A stretch of DNA of 63,535 nucleotides, filler included, from Collodictyon triciliatum (taxonomy: Eukaryota), in NCBI GenBank assembly GCA_043381765.1. It is 22 parts of 22 records of this genome, joined end to end, with 100 filler letters (N's around TTAATTAATTAA, not from the genome) between each part and the next. Parts side by side here need not be neighbours in the genome. Positions count along the whole stretch, not along the records: positions 1 to 2,884 come from JBHJMP010008129.1; positions 2,985 to 5,867 come from JBHJMP010008130.1; positions 5,968 to 8,850 come from JBHJMP010008131.1; positions 8,951 to 11,832 come from JBHJMP010008132.1; positions 11,933 to 14,814 come from JBHJMP010008133.1; 17 more parts are not named here. One strand, given 5' to 3'. The translations under genes were made by a program, and so were the position numbers. The notes beneath the pieces were generated by a model that ran no database searches, had not been told where the DNA came from, and saw only the letters and a list, made by a program, of their open reading frames with translations. Every line of letters begins with the position of its first letter. Within the stretch, counting starts at the first letter, position 1. Positions 1-12,051 of this stretch are shown here, in pieces.

Positions 1-788
1 TCTGAACCATTATTCTGTTTGTTCAAAGAAAAATGCATATCAATTATTTGATATTTGGAAACAAAACGAGCTACATCATCGCTGTTTTGTACAGCCCTGC
101 AAATTTCTGTATTAAAAAACTCCAATAACCTTTTCAGTGCTACGTGATTGTATTGTTTTCTGTTTTCCAAATTAACTCTTTCCATGTTGTCATAATATCT
201 CAATTGTCCGTGCTCGTTGTCAATCACAAACAATGTCCAGTGATTGCCGTTTACATGACACGGAATAAACACCTTATCATATTGAAATATATCTACATTT
301 AGCGTAATATTGTGCAACATTTCAGGCTTGAAATTGCCATTGTCGTCCTGTGCCCTTGATAATAAATAATAAAATGCAGTGCTAAAAGTGTAACACATAG
401 GGGTCAAATGATTTCTTTGCGACTCAGGCGAGTAACTTTTTTGACAAATTAAAATCAAAAATGCTGTAATCACATTTCCATCGATCCATTTATGATTAAC
501 AAATGTGTTTGCATCTTCGTATGTTAAAGCCACATCGACTCGATCATAGTTGTACGTTAATACAGGCGGATCCTCTTTCCCTGCATCTTGTTTCCATCGT
601 TTCATAGGTTCCTTTATATGTACATCATTTGAGGATATCCATTCTTTAATTATTGCATATTTTTCGTTGTAACCATTTGATGAAATAAACGTATTTATAT
701 ATTTCATATGGTACAATCTATTTTTCGATGTTACTGAATCTGGATCGTCTGTAATTACTGATTTTACTTTGTCCATATTATTAATCAT
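1..788 (-). CDS. Ulp1/SENP-like (peptidase C48) cysteine protease domain, truncated at window start; not in the ORF track
   Basis: Manual translation from ATG 788 gives KWIDGNVITAFLILI, TFSTAFYYLL, DIFQYDKVFIPCHVNGNHWTLFVID, RYYDNM and KQNNGS(D). These match the C48 HW, D and QxNGxDCG motifs. The catalytic Cys would fall just outside the window. No introns. Confidence 0.85.
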   Translation of the reverse strand, partial: MINNMDKVKSVITDDPDSVTSKNRLYHMKYINTFISSNGYNEKYAIIKEWISSNDVHIKEPMKRWKQDAGKEDPPVLTYNYDRVDVALTYEDANTFVNHKWIDGNVITAFLILICQKSYSPESQRNHLTPMCYTFSTAFYYLLSRAQDDNGNFKPEMLHNITLNVDIFQYDKVFIPCHVNGNHWTLFVIDNEHGQLRYYDNMERVNLENRKQYNHVALKRLLEFFNTEICRAVQNSDDVARFVSKYQIIDMHFSLNKQNNGS

Positions 789-830
789 CAATCCAGGGCG
801 ATATATTTCTTCCCAATACAATCTTTTTTC

Positions 831-1979
831 TTAATCAAAATTGTCACCCACATTAACATCAATATCTTCATCTGCATCGTCACCAATTTCCACCACGTCT
901 TCGTCACTATCTGGTAAAATATTTGCGTTATCATTACTTATTTCTTTCGCGTCTTCATATTCATCGCTGGATGACGTTACTTCGTAAATTTTTGGCTTTG
1001 ATGCTTTTTTGGGCGTAGTATCAAAACTCATCGACTTTCTTGAGTGTGATGACATGGAACTGTTATTGGATTTATAACTCCCTCTTGAATAATTCATGTT
1101 AGAATCGCTGTCAGATAAATTCACGCTGTTATCAGGTGACCAGTGTGCTATATTATATTCATGTGGATTGGGAGGTGGCTGATTAGGGTCGTCATCTGAT
1201 ATATCACTCGATGACGAAATTTCGTGTATACTTTGACTTGATGCATTTTGGTTATCACGTCCATACGACCCGATTGATGATCGTCGAGAGGGCGGATTCG
1301 GATAATCAGATCCAAACGACCCTATACTGTCGTCCATGTTAGGGTCCATTCTTTTTAGCCGTCTTCGCGACTGTCTGTCACCTGGTCTTACATCTGCCTG
1401 GTGTTCATATTCACCACGAGGCATTGTATTACTCATTCGCTCTGGGACAGCTTTCCTCGTCACATTATTGCGTCCTACTCTTTCATTAGGCCTGTAATCA
1501 GCTATAATTTCCACAGGCCTATTTTTGCTTGCATTAATATTTCTGTCTGCCACTACAAAGGCTGCCTTTGGATTTTTTTTTCTTGATGACACTGCAAAAT
1601 GTGCATTTTCCTGCGAGCCTTTTGAATGCTGCACATATCGACCCACATCTGTATCTGTTTTTCTAGCATCGATGTATTTGTTGTTGGGTAATTTCATCAG
1701 ATATTTACCTTCTTTGTGGTTATATCGCTGTTTTGCTTGGCTTTTTGTCAATATTTCTCCAGTGTATGGCGCAATAACCTCCCCTTCCTTCACCGGCTCC
1801 GTAATATATAGCCCTTTCGGGTCGTGCTTGTGTATGTGGCTCTCCTTCACACGTAATCCATACTGTTCCCGCAAATGCACCTAACAGAACGGGTAAGTTG
1901 CCACGCATTTTAGTCCACATCGTCTTCCGTCTTTGTTCACGGCCTTGCAGCTGTTGCCTTTTTCGGCTCTAGAGGCTGT
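831..1979 (-). pseudogene. SET-domain protein with N-terminal C-x9-C-x10-C-x2-H zinc finger and Ser/Asp-rich tail; in-frame TAG at 1881-1883
   Basis: SET motifs KGLY, YTGE, IDA, RYVQHS, NAHF and EIIADY occur in ORF 831..1880. The same frame upstream reads CKAVNKDGRRCGLKCVATYPFC*VHL. Confidence 0.75.
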
Positions 1980-2151
1980 CTACTGTCATTTATATCAGTT
2001 GCGTTCCGTGACGGGTATTGCAGATCAAACAACGCTTTGTTGTGATGCTGGCTCCTTTTTTTCAGTTTGTTATACACTGACAACATTTTTATTATATGTC
2101 TAGATTTTTATTTATAATGTTTGTTTATTAACTGAAATTACCTTATCCAAA

Positions 2152-2884
2152 TTAACCCGTAGAATAATCCGTCCCTCTCGGCGGCGCGGGTGGCGGTCCA
2201 AATAAATTTGGTGATGCTGGTGGAGCTGTTGGAGCGAATGAAAATGAACTTCGATTTCCTCCAGTTGCATTTGCTCTTCCTCGACTCATACTTAAATCTG
2301 TTCTGTTTGGATTTAATCTAGTAGTATCTTTAGCCGTAATGTTTTGCACCCTATCTTGTGAAATTCCTCCAGTCAATATTGGTGCAGTGTTTCGTCCTTG
2401 CATCATTTCTTTGAAGGTTGTTAGATTGATATTTCCTCCTGTAGGCGTTGTATATTCAGAATGATTCAGTGGATCTGTTGCACTAGCTAATTTCTGTGCC
2501 GGTTTGATGTAATCATCAAACATTCTGGGCGCAAACATTCACTTGACGTATTGACGATCTCTCAACTCTTGGTCTTGTTGTGTAGGCTGCATCAAGTTTG
2601 TATTATACAAAGCTGGTTCTATGCGTCCTGTGGCCATAGCATATGCCGTCAACACATCTTCCTGGTTTCTTATGCCCATCAGATTCATCCTTGCAATTTT
2701 TTTCTGAAAATCAAGCGACTCGTCAATAGCTTTTACTCTCCGGTCAAATCATCCAGGATTGATTTTGCGCGACAATTTAAGCTGCGCTGGGTCGCGGTGA
2801 TCAAAAATCGTGGCATACCAGGCATCAAAATTGCGCATTTCCTGTTGTTTTGCCTTATCATACAAATAATCAACTGTTCCCTCG
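2152..2884 (-). pseudogene. Uncharacterised intronless protein with two in-frame TGA stops, 5' truncated by contig end
   Basis: The frame of ORF 2152..2538 continues to the contig end: GTVDYLYDKAKQQEMRNFDAWYATIFDHRDPAQLKLSRKINPG*FDRRVKAIDESLDFQKKIARMNLMGIRNQEDVLTAYAMATGRIEP...QYVK*MFAP. TGA at 2749-2751 and 2539-2541. Confidence 0.6.
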
Positions 2885-2984
2885 NNNNNNNNNNNNNNNN
2901 NNNNNNNNNNNNNNNNNNNNNNNNNNNNTTAATTAATTAANNNNNNNNNNNNNNNNNNNNNNNNNNNNNNNNNNNNNNNNNNNN
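2885..2984. other. Artificial contig linker N44-TTAATTAATTAA-N44 (first of 21 in the window)
   Basis: The same 100-nt six-frame-stop spacer recurs about every 2.98 kb, and contig lengths mostly decrease along the window. Confidence 0.98.
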
Positions 2985-3060
<76 letters not shown>

Positions 3061-3159
3061 TTTCTTTCTGATAAAAAGAAAAAGCATCAAAGGAATTGAA
3101 GGTTAAGAATGTGGTTGCTCGCAATGACAAACGAATGAAAGTATAAAAAGAGAAGGCGA

Positions 3160-4980
3160 TTACACAAGATGATGAACATCAGAGTTCACGGGAGGGACAT
3201 AGATATAAGGGAGATGACGAGGGAGCCACGACAGCGGTAAACGGCTTCCTACACTTTGGATGTGAAGTTCCTGCGTTCGGTTGCGGGGGACTTTCCGCGG
3301 CTGGCTTGCAGTCTCATGTACTCTGTTTCGGCAAGTCGACCGGAACCACTTGTCCACTGGATGCATAAATTCAAAGGAACCAGAGTCAAAAAAAAAAAAA
3401 AAAACTCATTTTTTGTAAAAAAAAAAAAATTATGAAAAAATAAAAGAAAAAGGATTCATCTACATGTACAAGTATGTTATTATACAGCTCATTCAAACAG
3501 GCAACATCGACATAAAAACATGAAAAAAATGTTTGGAGGCTCACCCTTTCGCGGTACTCATTTAACTTCTCTTCATCTAGACATAAGAGTTGTTATTTAC
3601 TTTTGCCTTACATCAGTAATGTAAAATTTTATCTGTGGGGATACACACGGCGGAAAAAGAAAAAAAACAGTAGCAATGACGTATCAAAACAAACAAATTG
3701 TTCTGCAGCATACCACGAGTTAAAGATGTGGTGCGCACACTGAAGGGAGGCGTTTGTTGTTTTGGATGTATGACTGTACCGCGAAGAGTGGATGTGTATG
3801 GCTCATCAGGTTTTGACTATTAAATCAAACGGTCAGTGGAGTTGATGAGGCAAATAGCTGCGATTGTTGGCATCCTTTCATCCTAACATCCTTTCTTTTG
3901 GCTAAGGTATTCCAGACTACGAATATCACGACACTCTAGTGTAAATCTTGAGCAAAAACAAGAGACAAAGCATGTCCTTACATGATATTCAGATATGGGG
4001 TTCTTCTTTGTCATGTCAGGCAATGAAGGAAGTCGGACAGGCCTCGGCTCGGGAGGCGGAGTCAGGGAATTCGAAGAAGGCTTAAAATTCCCCAGTGGAT
4101 CTCTGCCGTTGAAGCTGGCCGAATAGTTTGTTGTGTAAAAGTGCGATATATCCTGTAATATTTATCCATATCAGCCAGCTTGGAGAATGGAACATAATAG
4201 AACCAGACAAAAAAAAAGCCCATGCTTGTGGTATGTACATTCAAAAGAGACTGCGCATCAGCACCGATGAACAAAACAGCGAATGTGGGCTTACCGATAA
4301 AGCAGGCGCTCCTTGCTTTGGACGATGCGTAATGTCCCATCGCTCTTCATTCCAGTTGCTGTGAGAGGCACATAACAAAACGAATGAGTTCTGGATTTCG
4401 TTATTGAAACTCTTTCACTTATTCCATAGTACCGAATACAGGGCTGATTTTATCAATCCTTCATTACCTGTTGAGCACACCGGGCTCGTATCGACCTGTA
4501 TTGTCTATAAACCCGGTGTATAATACAGAGTCGTGCGGTGTTCGAAGACTGTTGTTGTTGATTCTGGCGGGAAGAACGTCGTTCACGTTGGTGGGGAGGA
4601 TTCGGCGATCCCATTCAGACGAGGTCACTGCAACACACACAAAGGAAGAATGGCTTGTGTCACAGTTCATTTCACATGGCAGAGCACAACAAAAAGATGG
4701 ATGCGAACATCAAGATAAAATAATTTTTTTAAATAACTCCTAAAAAGACAGACAAAATAAATAGGTGATAGAAATCCTGCGACATAAACAGTGGGCAAAA
4801 GCTCAGTTGACTGACCCATCGCAGTTGGTTTAGACCCGATCGACTCGCGGAAGGAGTTTTCGCGCTGCTGATGGTTGCTTGTCCAGAAGTCCTCCTTTTC
4901 CACTCGCTCGTTAAACTCCTTCACTCGTGTGTTTGTGTTGCGCAGCGAAAGGATCGGATCAGACGCTTCATCAGGGAATC
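3160..4980 (-). CDS. Probable multi-exon hypothetical gene, product unknown
   Basis: Several open segments are bounded by AG/GT, e.g. TSSEWDRRILPTNVND...PGVLN followed by gtaatg, and SASFNGRDPLG...ISEYH followed by gtaagg. No recognisable domain. Confidence 0.35.
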
Positions 4981-6137
4981 ATGGATAAGGAGTGTGAGTG
5001 TGAAGCTGCGGTGGGAGGGTTATTCTTTCCCCCCAGAAAGATGGATGTGACAAACAAATACAGCAAAGCAGTGTCAAGATTAGTGGGGCAGGGATGAACC
5101 CGAAACAGTGGCTTTCATGTCGTTCAGTTATATTTTTTTTTTTTCGACGTAAGTGATTGCAGCGAAAAGAAAACAGAATAAGGAACTTGCAACAGTAAAA
5201 ATAGCAATAAGAATAGCAAAAAAAAGAAAGGTGTGGAACGATCGGTGGGAGTGTGCTTAGATCTAAGCGAAGAAAAGTTACCAGGGTTTCGCTCCATCGG
5301 ATTCGGCTAGCGGCGAGTCGGATTCCTTTTCTTTTGTTTCTTTTCCTTTTTTTTTTTTTACAGTACTTTCTAGAGAAGTGAAAATAAAAAAAGAAAATTG
5401 AATAGTTCGCAGTGCTCTTTGTACTATATTCATGCGTCGTTGAAGATGCTATCGCGTTATCTTGTGTTCTCAGGCCGATTCAATCCCCTCCTCGGCCTTC
5501 TTTTGCAGTAACTTTGTTCTGGTGCTTGGCAGTGACTTTCTGAGAGGGATTCTGTGCGTCTGTTTTCTCAGTCAAAGCCAGGTTTGTCTGTTTTGGAGGA
5601 TTCAAAGGGATTGGTACTTTTATGGACGAGTGCAACGGTTCCGTTATTCCACAACGGTGTCATTTGCTTCTGTTTCGGCGGTCGAAGAATAGTCTATAAG
5701 TGGAACATATAAACTTTGTTTTATTGATGTTTATGTTAGAGCATGTTTTCTTGCAGACTGGCGGCCGATATCACTGTTGAATAACGACTATAAGATATTT
5801 ACGACGCTACTCAGAAATCGCATATCACCCATCGCTGACAAACTCATATCCAAAGAGCAGATTGGCTNNNNNNNNNNNNNNNNNNNNNNNNNNNNNNNNN
5901 NNNNNNNNNNNTTAATTAATTAANNNNNNNNNNNNNNNNNNNNNNNNNNNNNNNNNNNNNNNNNNNNATATTGTTTTTTATATTGTTTTTTATATTGTTT
6001 TTTATATTGTTTTTTATATTGTTTTTTATATTGTTTTTTATATTGTTTTTTATATTGTTTTTTATAATGTATGTTGGTTTGGTTTAGTTTGGTTCTGATT
6101 TTCCGTCCTGGAAAAAAAAAGTGGGAAAATAGAATAC

Positions 6138-8541
6138 CTGCGGATGCTTCTCCATCAAGTAAAAAAGGGTATGCTTGATGGAATCTTTCGTGATAACTTT
6201 GCTTCCTTCCCCGTCCATTATAACGTGATACGCTTCATCCTTGTGCATATCTGGGAGAATGTCGGGTTGCAAATTGTGAGGGGCTGGTTTTTATATCCGC
6301 GTTCATTTGCTGATTCGTTATTTGCAAAGAGCTAAGTTGATACTTTATCCGGTAATATATATCAGATTTACGCAAAGATGAATCGTATATGGCAACAAGA
6401 CAAGCCAAGGCCACGGCAGGACTCCGATCAGTTCCTGGAAAGAAATGCTAGGTCATCAGATTTCATTATATGGGTAGAATCGTGCACAAAGAGAATTCTG
6501 GTCAGTTCTATTTCAAGACGTATTTCAATCGAGCATAGGGAAATGATTACTGTTTTGTTTGTTGTTCACCAATCATAGAAACCAATTGAATACACCGATT
6601 GTTAAGCGAAATATACCTTCTTCGCACATAATCAACACTTTCATCCCAGAATCTGCATATCGTTTACAAAATGATATAATTTTCTCCAAATGATACTCAA
6701 GTCCATGCTTCTCCACTTTTCCTGTCTGTTTATAAGGTATAAGTAATCGCAAGACAGAAAGTATATAAATGCGATTTTGGCTTTGAAAAAGGGAGCTCTT
6801 GGATAAAAATGGAACCGTGAGGTGAATATGAAGCTGCTCTGTTCCTCTCACTTCCATCACATACTGTGAGAGATTAACCATCCCGTTGAATTTTGGAGCG
6901 TCTCCCAACCCTGTGGGGGGAAAAATTACATACGAACTAGGTTATCCAAACCCTTGGGTCGGGATACTTATAATATAGGATTAAAAATACACGAGAGATT
7001 ATCTTAATCGGTGCGAATGAATGACTTTTAACACCTTCAATTGATCCTACTGCGATACTTTCTGTTAGGAAATTTATATGCTGGAAAAATCCGTGATTCA
7101 GTCGAAATTCTTTGGCAGCAGTTTCGCATGACTCTATATGTGCTTCCTTTGCGTTTGTTTTAACTTTTTGTAACATCATTTCTCCCTCCTTTAGGACAAT
7201 CTCTTGGACTTTTAAATGGCAATTATCCTTTCCACTCTCAATAATTTCATCTGCACACCGCGAAAACATATCGTGGGTCAATCCCTAATCAAAATAACAA
7301 AAGAAAATCTCTTTAAATAAGTAAAATTAAAAAAAATTCAGTCCAGAGACAGTAAGAACGTCCCTTTAAGAAAAAGAAAAATACATTCATGATATTTTCC
7401 TCATCATCTGCAGCCCCTTGCACATACGTCCATGCACCTTTTACGACAGGAGCTACTGTTGGATAAGACGCAGATATGCAAATGATTGGCGTAAAAGGTA
7501 GACCTTTTGTTATTTCGCTTAGTCAGTTTAAGAGGCTAGGATTTATTTTAAAAAAAATTGTATTTTCATTCCTAAAGAATCATGCCTCGGGTATTTCCGT
7601 TCCTTTTATTTTCTGTTTAAATGTTTTATATTATAATTATCAAATTTATTATTTTTTTTTCCTTTATTCGACTCAACTATCAAATTTATTATATTCATAC
7701 CTACAGGAGGGACAACTTCTTTTGTCCAAATTTTTGTTATTTGGGATACCCACATGACTCGCAAGGGTTTTTGAAGTTCCGACACCAGACGAGATAGATT
7801 GATTTTTGAGCTCTTTTGAATAAAAAAAAAAAAAATACCAGCAATCATATTTATCATTACATAATATTTTATTTAAAAAAAAAAAAGAAACTCATACCGA
7901 TGAGATATGATATTTGACCAATTAATCAAACTAATGATATCATGACCAGGCATAGGAATAGAATAGTATAATATTATTTCCATTATAAAAGGAACATTTG
8001 TGGCGTTTACCATCAAATCTTGGACCCAATTATCTATCTTTTTGGATATGACGTATTTTTCAGACTCTGATACTGATGAATGAGCATAAAATTCAGTATC
8101 CCACTGAAGCTCGCTGCTCTTTTCAGAACTTGAAGCAAACCCACCATGTCCCCTCATTTTATCAACATATCGATTTAAAACACAACACCATATTGGTATT
8201 GTTTTCCGCATACTGAAACAAAAAAAAATTGGATAAATTAGCCCTCTTGATATCAAACGATGAATCATTGGTGAAATTTTTGATTTATGTCTCTATCTAC
8301 ACTTAGATCTTCAAAAATATAATTAAGATGATACTATTTAACTGTTAATACTGACAATTACTAGTACTATGCTCTACTTTGCCTTTCACTTAAAATGACA
8401 TTGATACCTATCAGGGAAGACTTTTCCTTTGCGAGTTGCATCCACAATCATGCAGCCTCCAGCATCAAGTGCATTCAATGCTACATGCGCATTTAAACGG
8501 CGAAGACTGAATGTCCAGTTGTTGGTGTGTCCATCCGTCGA
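6138..8541 (-). CDS. RIT1: Initiator tRNA phosphoribosyltransferase (tRNA A64-2'-O-ribosylphosphate transferase), multi-exon, partial
   Basis: Exons encode STDGHTNNWTFSLRRLN, GGCMIVDATRKGKVFPD, KTIPIWCCVLNR, KPLRVMWV and YVQGAADDEE, plus a C-terminal DSP-like VLIMCEEG/TDRSPAVALACL. Confidence 0.9.
7653..7677 (-). mobile_element. Short retroposon 3' end with 15-bp TSD, in RIT1 intron
   Basis: GTTGAGTCGAATAAAGG(A)8 on the minus strand, flanked by TATCAAATTTATTAT at 7638-7652 and 7678-7692. Confidence 0.8.
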
Positions 8542-11500
8542 CTGGTGCAAAATTTGGGAAAAGGGACGAAGAAGGCATAAATTCATAAAAATCAATAAAG
8601 TGGCCACATGATTTTGGTAAGATAGAAATGAGTCAAATAGTTTATTAAATAGTTTATTTCCTGTTTTAAAATTCGATTGGATTGTTGAAAAATACTTAAG
8701 AATATAAATAGTTCCTAAAGTCATGTTTTCAAGTGAAAAAATGAACAGGTGTACGTAGCGTCACGGTTTTTTTTGGTTTTTTTTGGTTTTTTTTGGTTTT
8801 TTTTGGTTTTTTTTGGTTTTTTTTGGTTTTTTTTGGTTTTTTTTGGTTTTNNNNNNNNNNNNNNNNNNNNNNNNNNNNNNNNNNNNNNNNNNNNTTAATT
8901 AATTAANNNNNNNNNNNNNNNNNNNNNNNNNNNNNNNNNNNNNNNNNNNNCCTCTTCTTCCTCATCTTAATATACTTACCACTAACATACACGAGTAATC
9001 CCATATAAGGAGATATATACTGAGTATAATATGACCTACCCAGGAACTTTAGAGAGTGCAGATGAACTGTCATGAGTCGAGAAAGGCATCAGGCACCAAT
9101 GCAACCCCGCCGCGACTCCCCCGACACTTCATTGCAATGATTCCCAGGGCTACTGGGAGGGCTTTCAATTCCTCGTTTGGATGGTCATGTTATTTTATTA
9201 ATTAAGTTGTGTCTCTTTCATTTTTCCTTTTCCTTTTTCCATTTTTCCATTTCCTCTTTCCTTCCTCTTTTCCAATTTCCTTTATCTTATACCATTGCCC
9301 ACAACACATTTTTTTGGGTTTAAAATTAACTCAACTAGTAGGTGAAGCGAGGACTGGACGTTTTAAGCGAGGAGACCTTATTTTACCCTAGGACTCACCC
9401 TTGTGTCGCTCGCTATTAGCACCTACCCAACGAGGCTGACAGACAAGAGCGCGTTTCATTTTCGGACTGAGGGACCCACCTCGGGCTAATCCCTGGACGC
9501 CAGAAACCCAGAAGGTAGAGTCATACAAAGCACACAGATGCATTACTCGTACCATAATTCCTTTTGAATCATGTTGAATTCCTTATTCTAGATGAATATG
9601 ATTGAGCAGACTTTCCTCAATTTTACGACTCTATGAGTATACAAAACTCTACTCATTATCCTTAGGAAAACACGACTCGCATATCCAGAGACCAGCGGGA
9701 GACTTATCACTACAATTATTACTGTGATTTTTATTTAACAAAAATTTTCTGGCATCTTATAATATACCACTTTGATATATTTTGGATATGTTTGCAACGT
9801 GAATAGTAGCTTGATATTTCTCACGCTGGTTGAACAAGTCATATAGCGTAGTAACGGCGTTTGACTGGATTGTTTATTTACCCACCGTCGCAACATGTGA
9901 CATTTTTGTTGTGTAAGCTCCATACATTAATATCATAGAACTACAATGCCATTCCATAATGCAGTCTCGCGGCATATACCTCCAGTGGGCACTCATACAT
10001 CAGTTGTGTGGAGAAACCCATGCCTTCCGTACCTTTTTTTTTCTGCGGGGCCTAACCGTTGTGTTGTAATCCTTCACTTTTTCCCTCACATACATTCTGT
10101 GCGGCGCTACTCAGCTGTACTTGAATTATTTCTGGTGATATCATCAAGATTTTTGATTCTCTTTTTCACCCAGAAATGCATACGACTATTTGTATTTCTC
10201 TTTGGCGACTTTCGTTCAGTGGCTAATGCATTAATTCTTTTAATAGCGCTTTTTTTTTGCTTGTCTATCTCTGAGACGTTTCAATTATTTCTTTTCCGCC
10301 TGTGACACTTCCAGATACTATTATCCGTTGATTAGTCCTCGGTTTATTACTCAACCTCAACTTCTACAATCCCCACAGTAACTTAGACACCCACTACGAG
10401 TGTGCCACCACACACTGGTGACGAAAAAAAGGAGAAATGGCTGGCGTGTTAGATAACCCTTAGAACAACATTAACCGTAGCGTCCATTATGTCCCTAATG
10501 GAGGAGATGAGCTATTTGCGCAAACCACTTGTAATATTAAATTACCTTCCTCTTTGATTTTGCACAAAAACCACACGGATGGTGACCAAGCCCAACTCAG
10601 GCGTGACAAGCGTAAGCGAAACGCACACAAACGCCATTTCATGTTTTGACGAAGAGATGGTGGTCTACTAGTACTTCTGCATGCGACCGGTGAAACGATC
10701 GGCGGGGTTGTAGGAGAAGGGACTCCACCCGGCTGGCTGTGTGTTGCGCCTTGTGGACGGTTACCCTGAGATATTGACGCACGCCACACGCCCGCGTCTT
10801 TTGGAGCAGGACTGCAAAGTCCACCGTACCCGGGAGTGTACCACAGAGTGTGTTGTACTGCTGGTGTCCGATTTGTTGAGCGGTCAGGGCCTTGTCTAGA
10901 CGCGCAGGGAGGCGGTAGTCCCCTTCGCCGTGGGCGATTTTTTTTTTTTTGCATCTAAATGGCCACCCCCTCCACCCATTAATCAAGGCCAACACCCGTA
11001 CTGTCAAAGCCATCCACTTCCTGCCCGCCGGCTGCATGCGCAATGCCATCGTGTCTACCTGCCACCTCAACTTGGCTGCCATGCGCGCTCGCTCCGCAAA
11101 GTCTCACGGCCTGTCCATATACAAAGCCCTCGTCTCCTTCTACTGTGACGATGTGCAATTTTGTCCCCGTTCTCTCCCCATTCATCTGTTCATCCTCCCA
11201 GTAGGACACCCCACCCACCCCAACCTCACATGCTAGCCTCGTTACTACTACCACTAGGCAACGCTATGCAGACAGTCGAAGGCGCCCACAGCAAGTCCAC
11301 AAGTTTGCCCAATCTGGCAAAGTCCTGGCATAGATTCTTACTTCACCCTTCTCAGCCCTCACATCCCAACTTTTACGCTGTGCCACAACAAAGGCAAAGT
11401 CTCATCACAGATCGCGTAGGTTACATAACTAGTGCACATGTCAATCCAGGCAGACCCCCCGCAAACTCCAAAGTCTGCATAAGGAACTTTATTTCCATAG

Positions 11501-12051
11501 CGAACAGAAATCTGAATGTGGCCTCCGACTAGGCAGGCACACTCACATGCAAAGTTACACCCAAAGCCTCCTTACAGCGGTGACAATACCTTCCGTCACT
11601 TTAGCCGAAGTGAGCGCAAGGTTGGATTTTAGAAGTTCACAACATTAACCAGTACGCTCGAACAGACAAGGCTGATATAGACAACATATCTTCGCAACAA
11701 AGCCAGTTACTTTTACTTCCTTCAAAGTCGCACACTAGGCTACAATGGCCGAAAAGGCCGCAAAGCAGCCGTCCCCCACCGGAGTAGTGTGTCAACCTAT
11801 GGGTGTTTGCGTCTGCGTCTGCGTCTGCGTCTNNNNNNNNNNNNNNNNNNNNNNNNNNNNNNNNNNNNNNNNNNNNTTAATTAATTAANNNNNNNNNNNN
11901 NNNNNNNNNNNNNNNNNNNNNNNNNNNNNNNNTCAGATCGACTACACAGAATTTGATGAACGCTTCCCTAAAGTTTACTCAACCGGAATGTCTTCTAGTG
12001 AATATTTCTCCGACAATTCAAAATAAATTGTGGCAATCACCACCATTCATT

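Noticed and set aside
1-2884. Alternative genetic code (TAR=Gln or TGA=Trp) to explain the in-frame stops
   Set aside because: All three stop types occur, each only once or twice, while Gln (CAA/CAG) and Trp (TGG) are normally encoded throughout. Point mutation is simpler.
10487-11810. GC-richer region with several overlapping ORFs, possibly a decayed LINE or DIRS element
   Set aside because: No diagnostic RT, RNase H or recombinase motif could be identified by eye.
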